64,000 nt of DNA from the human T2T-CHM13v2.0 reference genome, Homo sapiens: NCBI RefSeq assembly GCF_009914755.1, contig NC_060928.1, one strand, 5' to 3'. This document shows positions 35,613 through 49,645 of the stretch, piece by piece. The translations under genes and the position numbers were made by a program. How positions within the stretch are numbered: the first letter of the stretch is position 1; each line of letters begins with the position of its first letter. Under the pieces are notes generated by a model that saw only the letters and a list, made by a program, of their open reading frames with translations, made no database searches and was not told where the DNA came from.

Positions 35613-35720
35613 AGTTTTGTTTTAAGACAGTATTGCTGTGTTGCTCAGGCTGGTCTCGATCTCCTGGCCTCAAGTAGTCTTCCATGTTCATTGGCTTTTC
35701 AAATAGCTGGGATTATAGGT
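35613..35720 (-). mobile_element. Alu monomer (FLAM-like)
   Basis: ttgctgtgttgctcaggctggtctcgatctcctggcctcaag...gctgggattatagg...atgcccagcc; single arm. Confidence 0.8.
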
Positions 35721-37945
35721 CCAAGCCAACATGCCCAGCCAAAAATTAATGCTTTTATACTTAATCTTATTTGGAGATAATATAGATACTTAATAAATAT
35801 CTATTATTTAATTTAACAAAGTATAGTTTTAAGATTTTAAGTTATCAAACAGATTTTTAAAACTGTTTTTATATAGACATAACATTAAACAAAACTGTCA
35901 TCTCAAGTTACTTTTCTTGTTGATACATTTTGTGACAAAGGTAACAAGCTTATTTGATTAGTAAAGCTGTGTATCTTTGTGACAAAGAAAACAAGCCTAT
36001 TTGACTAGTAAAATATTTTACTAAATTAACCAACATTCTTATTTATTAAAGATTACTTAAGTCATGAACTTGAAAAGCATTTGGATAAGTACCTTTTTTT
36101 CTGAGAAAATAATTTATATAAATGCTCATTTTTTCCTTAGTCCAATTAAATATAGCTCTTTCAAGATTATTTGTAATAATACCATCTGAGGGTGGAATAC
36201 TATTACAAATAAGTAAATAATATACATATATTAAGACATACATAAGCATACAAACAAACACAAACAGACAGTCATGGCTTCTATGCTGAAATTTTAGCTA
36301 TGTGCCAGGTACAATAATGTACTTACTCACTAGCTAGATCCAAATTGTGTCTCTGGTAGTTATATTGGCCTGTTTAGATGGCTAACGCCTTCTATTGATA
36401 TTTGTGGAAGAAACTTTTTAGATTTTTCATTTGCTAGTTAAGTTCTTAAAAGTTTCCCTTTTTCTACTCAGTTTCTGACAAGTCATTTCCCTGAGGCCTT
36501 TTAATGATTTAGACATCTCAAAGGCAGAGAGAAAGGATGTTAAGTATTCTCCAGGAAGGAGTTCTGGGCATATTCGCTTATCATCAGGAGTCAATTTATT
36601 GAGACTGTGGGCTAAATTTTAGATGAATGACTGAGGAGACATCCACTCTCTTTCCAATTAGTTTTTTTTTTCCTCTTTACCTTAAGCAGTTGCTTTTATA
36701 ATAGGTTGGATTTATATGCAAGATTAAGAGTTAAAAGTTGTGTTTGCAGATTCTTCTGTCTTATTTGAAGATCTAATTTTTAAAGAAAGTTGATGTTAAA
36801 GATTAAGGTTAATTTTTCATTACACACTGTAAAGATTCTTTTAGAGAAACTAATTTTTCGAGTCATTCTGGGTTTTGGAAGCTTCTACATACCAATCAAA
36901 AAATGTATCTCATTGTTTCTGAGGTTTTGGGGGTCCTTTTTTTCTAATGCACCCATACAAAAATAATTTCATAAGGAGTAAAACCTCTTCCTTGTTGCTA
37001 CTGTAATTCCTTGTCTTCCTGAGGTACACCAATTTCTTTAGAAAGACCTAGGTCTGGGTCCAAGACTTCTGAACATAAAATTAGCTGGAGTTCCAGATTA
37101 AAGTGTCCTAGACTCCTTGGATTCTGATGAACCGATAATACTTTGCCTTAAATTTTGCTTATCACAGGTCTCCAACTGAACCGAGTCCAGTTCCTGCTGA
37201 ACACAATTTGACTTCTGGATGGCAGTCTGGATTCTGAACCTCGCCCTTCTAACATGGAAGCACATGCACTAGACTGGACCTTGTCCAGTTTTGTCAGGCC
37301 CAGTCTAACCTCTAAAATAAAAATTGCTCAAATAAAGTTAGAGAGCTAAGGACACAATTTTCAGATCTTGACATCCAAGAAGGACGTACCCAGTGACCAC
37401 CAAATGTGATGAGAAAGCAGTGAGCACTATGGGCTCAGCAGATACTTATACCTGGTTACTCATCCCTCCTGGGGGTCATCAGGGATCCCTTTTACATTTC
37501 TGAAATTAAACTTTTAAAAGATAAATTGAGGCACTATAAAATTTTAAAGAGTTTATTTGAGGAAGCATTCATTCATGCATCAGGCAGCTTCACATCAGAA
37601 GTGGTTTAGCAGCTCCACCAGTGGCACACGGCAGGGAAGCTTTTAAAGGAGAAACACAGAGGTAAAGCAGAGAAAATGTTTGGTTGGTTTAGTGACACAG
37701 TTGCCTTATTTGGACTAGTCCAGTGGAAAATCCGTAGTTATATAATTATAAGTATGTTGGCCACTTCTGCTTGGTGGAGATTAAATTTGATTTTTCCTTA
37801 ATATAGACATTTACATGACATAACTCCAGTTAAGTTTTGCATATGTTTGGAAATCAGGTAAGGTTGAGATCACTTATGAGACTTAACTGTTTTTGTCTGC
37901 TCAAGGATTCTGCAGGCCAGGTCTCCACTGTAATTTACTTTAACA

Positions 37946-38266
37946 AAGGAAATGGAATATGTTGCCTGCAGCAAAGGAGAGGAATAAGTGGAAGTCATTT
38001 GCCTGCATCAGCTGAGAAGTGAGATCCGCTGGCCATGAGGAATCAATGCTATTGAAGCTTCTCTTTCTCTGTCTCTTTTATTTGTGAGTAAAACATTGTT
38101 CGTCCAGTGCCTGAGATGTCTTTCTTGGTGACTCTGATACCTGAAAATCATGGAAGAGAGTGACATCCTGGAACTACTGCTTCTGGTGGTAGGCACTGAT
38201 ACTCTCTATCCTCCACGCAGTGAGACCCCTCCCTTGGAGGTGGTAATAGGTGTCACTTGCTGGACA
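37946..38266 (+). mobile_element. 3' LTR of class III ERV, second part
   Basis: Continues the LTR alignment (cctgcag, tgacatcctggaactactgct, tcctccacgcagtgag), ends ggaca; outer TSD acctt (19197-19201) / gcctt (38267-38271). Confidence 0.75.
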
Positions 38267-40754
38267 GCCTTCAATTAAACAACAGTCATCTTTAGGTGTT
38301 TTATAATCCCCTTATCGCTGAACTTCATATGATATCCTAATTTACAGTTTGGTCAACCCTGCTGGTTTCTGCAAATGTATTGGCAGTGCTTATTCCACGG
38401 AGTAGACAAACAGATGATAGAAAATAGAGTGATAGCAGAACCATCCAATTTAAAACGCCAATTGAAAGAGAAAGTCTCTCCCAGTTGAAGCAATGTTAAT
38501 TGAACAGGGGCTCCCTCTGATGAAAGCTCTTGACAGAGGACAATCTTGCTATTAATTTTCCATGGTCTTTTCTGTAATGTTTTTCAGCTTCTCCCAGTAG
38601 AATGGATCTAACAACTGTAATCTGAAACCTTTCTCTCCCAATGAACACAGTGAAAAACAAAAACAGTCATGAGGCAAATATGCGTATAAGAGAAAATTGC
38701 TTTTGAAGTGGTAACATGTTGTATAATTCCTCTCCAACCTGTGGCAGCCAGTACAATTTTGACTGTAGAGCAGAGTATAAATCATTTCTTTTTATATTTA
38801 AAGAAATAAAAATGTACTATATATGGCTCTAAAATGGTAAAGATTGAAAGAAAATGTGAAAAGTACTGAACCCCTCAAGGGATACTCTGTGTTTGAAATT
38901 CTAACACAGAGATTCTAACCCATTCATCTCTTATGAAAGAAAATAATCCCAAATCACAGAGGAAAACTGTCAGTGCTGTCGAATATCAATGAGCAACTCA
39001 TCATCAATCATCAACATTTTATCTCTCAGGAAGGTTCTGAAAACTATCCAAAATATCGTTGAATAACCCCAAGGCTACCGCAAATACTTAATGAGATCTT
39101 TGAGGAATCTTTTGAAATTTTGTTTTTAACGTTTAACATCTTCGTTGTTTCACTTGCTCTCGCCACAGTTCTTTACAGACTCTTGTGACTTTAATAATCT
39201 TCTTTATTATTTCAGAGCACAGTGGAAATGAAGACAGGCTTTGTACATGATTTATAAAGTGTGTATCACTATAGCAACCATACTGTAATTCTGAAAACAG
39301 GCATCTTTATAAGAAACTCGATGACTATAATGAGAAATGACCACAAATGGCAGTATAGTTTATTTTTTAGCTTATTCTGTTTTGCATGATTGCCTGATTT
39401 TATTTATATTGTCAAGTAGTCTACTAATTTCTATACTTTCACTAATAGTAGATTCAGTATGAGTCTGCCAATTTTATGTGAATTCATGTAGAAAAATTGG
39501 TTCAATTTTTCTGAGAAACTCCTATCTAGCAAACTGAAGTACTCTAAACAAAACTCAGTGCAAAGAGATAAAATCTTCAGTTTTAATTTTTTCCCAAGAC
39601 AATTCCCAAATGTTACAAATTAAAGGATTCTTAGCATTATGAAAGTAAATCAGCCAGAGTGTTGGTTACGTTGTTCAACAGCAAAGGAATGTTATTACCT
39701 CAGTGACTGAAGTTGGCAAGAATACTCTTGCAAATATGTTAAGCAGGCAATAAGGTATCAAACAACAGCTGAGCCTCACCTAGGTAGCAGGACAGAAGCA
39801 AGTTATCTGGTATACAGATTTCTAGGTAGACATAGAATTCAGGACTTCAGTTCTTCATTGTTAAATAAACATTCATTAAATAGACAATTATTGCACATAT
39901 ACCAGGCAGATACAAGAGAATACAGATAATACAACAATGCGGAGATGAATGAGGTCCCTGTATTACAGGGAGCTTATGGTTTGGTGGAATACAAAGCATT
40001 AAACAATCATTTAAAAATATTATCTCATTAACTTTGTTGTAAGTGACATGAAGAAAAAGTGCAAAATGGAATGATGGTATATTGGGTCTTGAACAAATCT
40101 AACATTTTACATGTGTCAATACTAAAATAAACAGTAGGAATCTATTATTGTTTTCCTATTGTTTTTTTTTTCAATGAATAAGAAGGAAAATCAATGATTT
40201 TGACTTCTGGTAGCTTTCTAGGTGTATGATTTATAAATAGCTACCTGAAGTTTATCATAGTAAGCTAATTCAATTGTTTTTAAAATAGAAAAAAATTTAG
40301 CAAACCACATGATATGATGGCTGTGTTTTGTTCTTTAGTTTGTGGAGTGGATCAGTTGTAATAATTGATTCTAGTGGAATATTTACATTTATCTCTGTGT
40401 GCTCTATTGTTTGCACATATTTTCACCAGCTTTTCTATCTATGCACAATGTTCTTCTTTCTAAAATTTGTATCCAAAACTTATATCTTCTAGATTAATCA
40501 AAATACTATCTCATCAATGGGGCCTCTCTTTTCAATGACCTATCATATGATATTTAAAGCAACACTCGTTAAAATTTTCTGAATAATTAAAATATATGCT
40601 CACTGTAGAAAATATGAAAATCACAAAAGTACCAAGTACATTACCTTATCTAAAGAAGCCATCAATCAATAATTATGTGAGTTTGTGTTTGCATGTGTGC
40701 ATAGTGAGAGACTGCCTCAATTACACCATACTGCATGATAGTTTCAAATTTAGT

Positions 40755-41497
40755 TTAATTATTTTTCATTGAAAAATAATTGTATATATTAATAGGGTAC
40801 AATGTGAAGGTTCAATGCATGTACACATTGTGGAATAATTTAAATCAAGCTAATTAACATATCCATCACATCAAATACTTATTATTTATTTGTGATGAGA
40901 AGATTTAAAATCTAAAAAAAGAATATTAAAATTACTTATTTAAAATAGCAATTTTGAAATAAGTAATATATCACTGTTAACTACAGTCACCATGCTGTGC
41001 AACAAATCACTAAAAATTATTTCCTCTGTCCAACTGAAACTTTGTACCCTTTGACCAACGTTTCCTCTTTTCCTGTCCAATTCCCCCACAACACCAGCCT
41101 CTGGTAACTACCATTCTACTCATGGCTTCTGTGAGTTTGGCTTTTTCGGTTTTACATATAAATGAGATCATGCAATGCTTGTCTTTCTGTGCCTGGCTTA
41201 TTTCCCTTGGCATAGTGTTCTTCAGATTCATCCATGTTGTGCCAATTGACATAATTTTCTTTTTTTTAAATGCTGAATAGTATTTAGTGGAATTGTATTC
41301 AACTGTATCCCAATATGTCACATTATCTTTATCCATTCATCCATTGGTGGACTCAGGTTGCTTCCAGATCTCAGGTATTCTGAATAATGCTGCAGTGAAC
41401 ATGGGAGTGCAGGTATTGCTTCTCACTGAATTCAATTCCTTTGGATATATAACCGGAAGTGTGATTGCTGTATCATATGGTAGTTCTATTTTTATTT
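40755..41497 (-). mobile_element. L1MA-type 3' end (ORF2 C-terminus + 3' UTR)
   Basis: ttgtatatattaatagggtacaatgtga, atcaagctaattaacatatccatcac; translates to IELPYDTAITL..TPMFTAALF..WKQP. Confidence 0.85.
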
Positions 41498-44400
41498 TTA
41501 GGTATGTTTCACCAATACCTAGTTTATTGAGAGTTTTTAACATAAAGGAAGGTTGAAATTTATCAAAGCCCTTTTCTGCATCTATTGAGACAATCATGTG
41601 GTTTTTGGTTTTAGGTCTGTTTATGTGATGAATTATGTTTACTGATTTGCATATGCTGAACCAGTTTTGCATCCTGGGGTGAAGCTGATTTGTTCATGGT
41701 GGATAAGCTTTTTGATGTGCTGCTGGAGTTGTTTTGCTAGCATTTTATTGAGGGTATTTGAATTGATGTCTATCAGGGATATTGGTCTGTAGTTTTCTTT
41801 TTTTTCCTTCTTTCTTTCTTTTTTTTTTTTTTTTGCATCTCTGCAAGGTTTTGGCATCAGGATAATGCTGGTCTCATAAAATGAGTTTGGGAATATTCTC
41901 TCCTTTTTAATTGTTTGGAATAGTTTCAGAATGGTACCAACTCCCTTTGTACCTCTGATAGAATTCAGATGTAAATTCATCTGGACCTGGGCTTTTTTTT
42001 GGTTGGTAGGCTATTTCTTACTGCCTCAATTTCAGAACTTGTTATTGGTCTATTCAGGGGTTCAGCTTCTTCCTGGTTCAGTCTTGGGAGAGTGTATGTG
42101 TCCAGGAATTTATTCATTACTTCTAGATGCTCTAGTTTATTTGCACAGAGGTGTTTATAGTATTGTCTGATGGTAGTTTGTATTTCTGTGGGGACAGGGG
42201 TGATATCCCCCTTATGATTTTTTATTGTGTCTATTTGATTCTTCCTTCTTTTCTTCTTTATTAGTCTAGCTAGCAGTCTAATTAATTTTTTTCAAAAAAC
42301 AGCTCCTGGATTCATTTATTTTTTGAAGTGTTTTTTGTGTCTCTCTCCCCTTCAGTTCCACTCTGATCTTGGTTATTTCTTGCCTTCTGCTAACTTTGAA
42401 GTTTCTTTACTCTTGGTTCTCTAGTTCTTTTAGTTGTGGAGTTAAGGTGTCAATTGGAGATCTTTCTAGCTTTTTAATGTGGGCATTTAGTGCTATAAAT
42501 TTCCCTCTTAACACTGCTTTAGCTATGTGGTACATTGTCTCTTTTTTCTCATTGGTTTCAAAGAACTTCTTGATTTCTATCTTAATTTTGTTATTTACCC
42601 AGGAGTCATTCAGGAGCAGGTTGTTCAACTTCCATGTAGTTGTGTGGTTTTGAGTGAGTTTGTTAATCTTGAATTCTAATTTGATTGTGCTGTGGTCTGA
42701 GAGACTGTTTGTTATGATTTTAGTTCTTTTGCATTTGCTGAGGAGTGTTTTACTTCCAATTATGTGATAGATTTTAGACTAAGTGCCTTGTGTTGCTGAG
42801 AAGAATATATATTCTGTTGTTTTTATGTGGAGAATTCTGTAGATATCTACCAGGTCCACTTGATCCAGTGCTGAGTTGAAGTCCTGAATATCCTTAGTAA
42901 TTTTCTGTCTCAATGGTCTAGTATTGACAGTGGGATGTTAAAGTCTCCCATTATTATTGTGTGGGAGTTTAAGTCTCTTTGTAGGTCTCTAAGAACTTGT
43001 TTGATGAATCTGAGTCCTCCTGTATGGGGTTGCATATATTTACAATAGTTAACTTTTCATGTTGAATTTATTCCTTTACCATTATGTAATGCTCTTTTTT
43101 GACTTTTTTGATCTCTGTTGTTTTAAAGTCTGTTTTGTCAGAAACTAGGATTGCAACCCTTGCTTTTTCCTGCTTCTCATTGCTTGGTAAATTTTCCTTC
43201 ATCCCTTTATTTTGACCCTATGTGTGTCTTTGCATGTGAGATGGGTCTTTTGAATACAGCACACCAATAGATCTTGACTCTTTATCCAGCTTGCCATTCT
43301 GTTTCTTTTAATTGGGGCATTTAGCACATTTACATATAAGGTTAATATTGTTATGTGTGAGTTTGATCCTGTCCTCATGATGCTAGCTGGTTATTTTGCA
43401 GACTTGTTTATGTAGTTGTTTCATAGTTTCATTGGTCTTTGTACTTTACTGTGTTTTTGTAGTGGCTAGTAATAGTTTTTCCTTCTATATTTCATGCTTC
43501 TTTCAGGAATTCTTGCAAGGCAGGCCTGGTGGAAATGAATTCCCTCAGCATTTGCTTGTCTGAAGAGGATTTTATTTCTCTTTTGCTGATGAAGCTTAGT
43601 TTGTCTGGATATAAGATTTGGGTTAAAAATTATTTCCTTTGAGAATGTTGACTATTGGTTCCCAATCTCTTCTGGCTTATAGGGTGTCTGCTGAGAGGTC
43701 CACTGTTAGTCTGATGGGCTTCCCTTTGTAGGTGTCCTGGCCTTTCTCTCCGGCTGCCCTTAACATTATTTCCTTCCTTTTGACCTTGGAGAATCTGATG
43801 AGTATGTGTCTTGGGGTTGATCTTCTCATGGAATATCTTAATGGATTCTCTGAATTTCCTGAATTTGAATGTTGGCCTGTCTTGTTAAGTTGGGGAAGTT
43901 CTCCTGGATGATATCTTGATGTATGTTTTCCAACTTGGTTCCATTCTTTCTGTCTCTTTCAGGTAACCTAATCAGTCATAAGTTTAGTCTTTTTACATAA
44001 TCCCATATTTCTCAGAGGTTTTGTTCCTTCTCTTCCTCTAATCTTGTCTGCATGTCTTATTTCAGGAATACAGTCTTCAAGCTCTTAAATTCTTTTCTCC
44101 ACTTAGTCTATTCAGCTATTGATAATTGTGTTTTCATCATGAAGGTCTTCTGTTGTGTTTTTCAGCTCCATCAGGTTATTTATGTTCCTCTCTAAACTGG
44201 TTATCCTGGTAAATGGCTCCTATAATGTTTTAGCATGGTTCTTAGCATCTTTGCATTGGGTTAGAACATGCTCCTTTAGCTTAGCAAAGTTTGTTATTAC
44301 CTACCTTCTGGAGACTACTTCTGACAATTCATCCATCTCAGCATCTGCCCAGTTCTGTGCCCTTGCTGGAGAGGTATTGCAATCATTTGGAGAAGAGGCA

Positions 44401-45690
44401 CTCTGGCTTTTTGAGTTTTTAGTGTTTTTGCATTGATTTTTTTCTCATCTTTGTGAGTTTATCTAGCTTTAATCTTTGAGGCTGCTGGCCTTTGGATGGG
44501 GTTTTTGGGGAGACATTTTGTTGATACTGTTGCTGTTGTTGCTTTCTGTTAGTTCGTTTTTCTTTTAACAGTCAGGCTTTTCTGTAGGGCTGCTGCAGTT
44601 TGCTGGGGGTCTTCTACAGACCCTTTTTGCCTGGGTTCCTCCTGCACCTGGACGTGTCACCAGTGGAGGCTACAGAACAGTAAAGATGGCAGCCTGCCCC
44701 TTCCTCTGGGATCTCCATCCCAGAGGGGCACTTACCTGATACCAGTGGGAACGCTCCTCTATAAGGTGTCTGGTGACCCCTGTTGGGGGTGGTGGTTATC
44801 ACCAAGTCAGAAAGCATGAGATCCAGGACACACTTAAGGAAGCACTCTGGCTGCCCCTTGGCGGAGGGAGCATCCTGCACTGGGAGGAATCCCACTTATC
44901 TGGACTGCCCCGATTCCTCAGAGTCAGCAGGGAGATAGAATAAATCTGCTCATTCACAAAGACCACAGCTGCCCTTCCCCACCAGGGACTCAGTCCCAGG
45001 GAGATCATAGTTCTGTTCCTAAACTCCTGGCTGAAGTTGCTTAAACTCCTTCAGGGAGGCCCTGCCTGGTGAGGAGGGATGGGTCAGGGTCCAGCCTAAA
45101 GAGGCAGTCTGGCCATGGTCTGCCACAGCTGCTATGCTGTTCTGTGGGGAATTCTTCCTGGGTCCAAACTATCCAGGCTCCCTGGCAGCAGCAGGGGAAA
45201 AAGGGAAGACTAGAGCTGCAGTGATGGTTGCCATCCCTCCCTTGGGAGGACAGTTGTCTTAGGCAGCAGGCAACCACAATGATGATAGCCACCCCTCATC
45301 CTGGGAACTCAGTAGCCTGAGGCAGTTTCCAGCCAAGTGGCTGATGAGAATCTGCACATCTCTGTGCTTGGGACCCAAGTCCCTGCTGGCATGGGCTCAC
45401 GAGGAGGATCTCCTGATCCTTAGGTTGCACAGATACGTGGAAAAAGTGTGGTTTCCAGGGCAGAGTAGCACAATCACTCAGCCTTCCTTGGCTGGGGTTG
45501 GGAGCTCCCTTTCCCCCATGTGGCTCCTAGGTGGGCCATCACACCACCCTACTGTTCTTCACTCTTCATGGGTCATGGCAAACACCTAGTCAGTCCCAAT
45601 GAGAGAACCTGGATACCTTGCTGGTGCAGGATTTACTTGCCATTTACATTCTTCTCAGTGAGAGCCTCCAGCCGTAGCTGTTCCTAGTCC
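41498..45690 (-). mobile_element. L1PA (older primate, about L1PA13-16) 5' UTR, ORF1 and N-terminal ORF2
   Basis: ORF2-like frames [55 protein letters not shown]; GC-richer 5' UTR at 44550-45690. Confidence 0.92.
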
Positions 45691-46984
45691 CTAACTCCTT
45701 TTGATTTTTGTAGACATTCTTCACTCAGAATATGCCTGACCAATAAAGAAGAATCTGAGTATTCATGAGCCAATTCAGTGAAGACTTCAGCCTGAAGTCT
45801 TCTCAGGCTTCATTAAAAGTAATAGCCACACTGCCGTATAGACATCACTAGCTAGTCGCATAGCCTATTCAGATATGCATGGCTTATATACCATCCAGAG
45901 GAATAGCTGCGACTCATCAGTATTGAGTATTTATTTCTCAAAATAAATAACCCCAACGAGGGGGTATATGTGTTTGTTTCAGTAGAAAGTCCTCAGCTAG
46001 ATTCACATTTATATTGGATCTTATAGAGGTGAGCTTCTAAGAATTCTTTGAGTTATCATTTAGGGTGAATTGACGAGGGAGTACATCTCCCCAGTATCCC
46101 TGAAGCTCAAGGAGAAGTCACAAATCCATTCGTAAAGCCTTCCCTTCTACTATCCAAACCTTCAGCTGACCTTGAATACATTCTTTCTCATTGTAATGAC
46201 AGTCCAAGTATGTCGACTATGCATACGAAGGAAATATAGGTCAACTAGCTATCTTTCTAAAATTTCTAAAAAGTTTTCATACTTAATATATTTCACTTCC
46301 TAAGTATGATCTCTTAACAAAAAGACAAATTAAAGAAAATCATTTTTTAATTTAGGCTGCCCTCATGAAGATACTACCTTTGTCTAGTGATATTAGCTAA
46401 TTTCAACTTTAGTCATTGTCTTAATAAGGTCACAATTAGCTATAAAACTATGTTCAAAAAATAACGGCTAAGGTCATGTCATTTTAATATTAAAACATAG
46501 GCAATATATTTAGCTTAGAGATCAAAATTCAAAATACTCAATTAAATATTCAAATTAAAATTTATTTGAGTAAAAATACCCAACTAAATACTACATATAG
46601 TTTTGGCCATTATTCTGGTGCCCAAATGAGAAGTGAGACACATTTCAGACACCATTTATTTTAATTAATAAGAATCTATTTATAAATGTAAAAATACTGC
46701 TAAGGACTTCTGATAAATTTAAGGTTTTGTTGTCAGTTTTTTATAAAACCTATTATTCAGAGGTTTACGACTGCTGTAAAAATTGACTCGAACAATTTAG
46801 CACTAAGAGAAATTATTTCTAAATACCATTCTAAAATATAATATCTGACTATTCTGAAAAAAAAAAACTTCAAGGAGAGAAAGGGGGATGGAAAGAGGAC
46901 AAACAATATTACTTTTTATATTTAACATTTTAAACAAACATGGTTTACACCAAGTGCAGCATGTTTAAAGACATTTAGAAGCTA

Positions 46985-47548
46985 TTCTATTTATCTATTA
47001 TTGTGTAACAAAACTATGCTAAAATGTTTGCTTCAAGAAACAAGGATTTATTCTATCTCATTATATTGTGGGTCAGGAATACTGATGTGACTCAGCTGGA
47101 TACAGATGCAGTCCCATGGTGGATATTCAGAATACCATGTTGCTGACTGAGGTCTTTTCCTGGTATCAGGTGGCTGAGCTGATCTGGAAAGTCCAAGCTG
47201 CTCCATTCACATTTCTCAGGGCTTGGCAGTTCCGGCTGGAAGGAAAATTCAGCACAGACACCTCCTACCTGTCTCTGTATTCTTAGGCATTTCCATGTGA
47301 TCTATCCAGTATGGTAGTCACATATCTTATGGTAATTCAGGGCACCTTAAGCAAGTGTCCCAAGACATCCAGGCAGAGGATTCAAGACTTCTTTTGACCC
47401 AGCCTTGGAAGTTCCTAAACTCACTCCCCAACATGCACTTGGTCAAGCAAGTCAGCAAGACCAGCTCAGATTCAGAAAAAAACAAAATTAGACTTCTCTA
47501 AGTCAAAGGAGTAGCAAATAATTGTGGCCATTTTTAATCTTCAACCAA
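46985..47548 (-). mobile_element. Old MLT1 (H/I/J-like) LTR
   Basis: tatctattattgtgtaacaaaacta..gtgggtcaggaat..ctcagctgg ... aattgtggccatttttaatct. Confidence 0.65.
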
Positions 47549-47886
47549 AAGCTCCTATGTTACTGGTGTAATCTTAGAAAACATCAGACTGTAAGTCAGG
47601 TGACTTGTTTATTCGAAACTCTTTGATGAACTAGCTTTATGACACTTATGTTATATGACCTCTCTAGTTTTAAATTTACTTATCTGTATTATAAAATGCC
47701 TGGATTAGAGTTGCAAAATATCTTCCTAATTTTAATACTGGATCACTAAATTATATTCTTTTCATTTAAAAAATAATTCACTAACTTTTTAATTTCTACT
47801 TTTGTATAATCTCTTTCATCTTTTTAATTATATTTTGATCTTAAAATTGCCTGGGAGACTAGTAGAATGGTAGAAGTGGCAAGGAC

Positions 47887-48998
47887 TGCAAGAGTCAGAG
47901 ATTTTACCTACTTACATGCTAACAAGTTAGCCTGCCTCAGTTTCATCATTGCTGGTAGATGTATCACCAGCTGTATCCTGGTGATACAGCTCTGATGAGT
48001 GGAGAACACCAGGTTCTTCTTCTCAAGTCGAATTAGAAAAAAACGACATGGACACACTTGGAGTAGTTTTAAGGAGCAGGGAGTTTAATAGGCAAGAAAG
48101 AAAGGGGAAGAAAGAAAGAAGAGGTTCCCCTGTGCAAAGACAGAGGGAGGGGAGCTCCAAAGCTGAGAGAGGGAACCCCACACTTTGGTAATATCAGCCA
48201 ACTCTATTCAATGGCTGGAGGAGGAGGTGTCTGATTTGCATAGGAGTCAGGGGATTAGTTTGACCAGGCATTTCATACATGTAGCCCACAAAAAAAATGG
48301 CCCTCCCGCCCTAGCCTTTTAATATGCAAGTGCAGGGCACCATGATGTTCCGCACACGTGGTGATATGTGGGCACAGCCATGCTGCCAGACACATGTAGG
48401 GGCAAGGGCAAGAGGGCAACAATGGGAATCCCCATGTTGGGTGGACCCAATTTCTAATGGCTTGCATTTGCATATCAAAGGTTGCCCCCAGGGTCTAAGG
48501 CCCAGGACTTTCGTGCTAGACAAGAGCTGTGAAAAATCTTCCAAGGACTCCTTTTTCCCTAACTGCCTAAAATACTTTCTTAATAACTCCTACATCATTG
48601 GGTCATAGACAAAGATATGATTTCTGATGGTATAAGCTTCATGTTTCCATTAGTTCCTCTTGCCCCCCCAAGTCCCATGGGTGATGCAGGTTGACCCAAG
48701 TACATGCTGTGCAAACAGTGGGTCTTTGTCACAGCTAAGAAACCTTGTACAAAGAAAACCCTTCATCTTATGAGGGGGTAGCAAACCTGCCCAAATTTTG
48801 TCCAGACAGATTATATGTATTATCTTTATTATCCTGAAACAAATCTACTCTCTGCCCTATAGGGAGAAGCTACCTCTGTCTTTCGAGATACATTATACAA
48901 ACATTCTTGAAAAGATAGTCTAACCAAAAATGCTATCAAGATTTTTGCTCAGAAGATACGCAAAGACACAAGAACCCATGAAGAATTATTTCCTCATA
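47887..48998 (-). mobile_element. MER74-like ERVL LTR, split by LTR9
   Basis: gctaacaagttagcctgcc, ccaagtcccatggg, tatacaaacattcttgaaaagatagtc, acccatgaagaatt. Confidence 0.8.
47982..48597 (-). mobile_element. LTR9-like ERV1 (HUERS-P3) solo LTR
   Basis: tgatacagctctgatgagtggagaacaccagg ... ttcttaataactcctacatca; TSD ctgg/ttgg. Confidence 0.85.
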
Positions 48999-49645
48999 TT
49001 AGGGGGACAGAAAATTATCATGGTTATTGGGAAGAAAAAAGGACTTCAAAAGGTGTAGTCGTTCCTACTTTTACAAAGTATAACCCAATCTAACATGCCA
49101 CCATTTGTAGAAATCAACACATACTTTTCAAGTTAAAAACACAGAGGAAAAAAAAACATGAAAATTTAGCATTTTGATACATTTAAGAACGCTGAGTGCT
49201 ATAAAATGAATAAGAAAGAATACCTGAAATAAATAGGAAATCACAGATGCATAGAAAAACACTTGCTTATTAACAAAATATTTTATAGCATTTTTTCATT
49301 TTCTAGTCAAATATTTATTCAATCAACATTAATATAGATTAATATTTCATGCTGCTTAGAAGAGTGGCATATGGTGATTCTTAAGTAATTCCAATTATGC
49401 TACCTTTAAGAATAGGTGGAGTGGAAGGATGGACATGTGAGAGAAGTTACAATAAAAATAAAAACTGTGACAGGATGTACAATGGTGTTGGTGGGATATT
49501 TGTTATATCCCACAGATTTTGTGATATTTAATAACTCCATATTGTTTTGAGTAAATTTTTCACTAAAGTATGATAAAGGGAAAGCTAGTATTAAGGGGCA
49601 GATTATTTAATTTTTATTCAAGACCTTTCCATGCATGTTTCAAGG

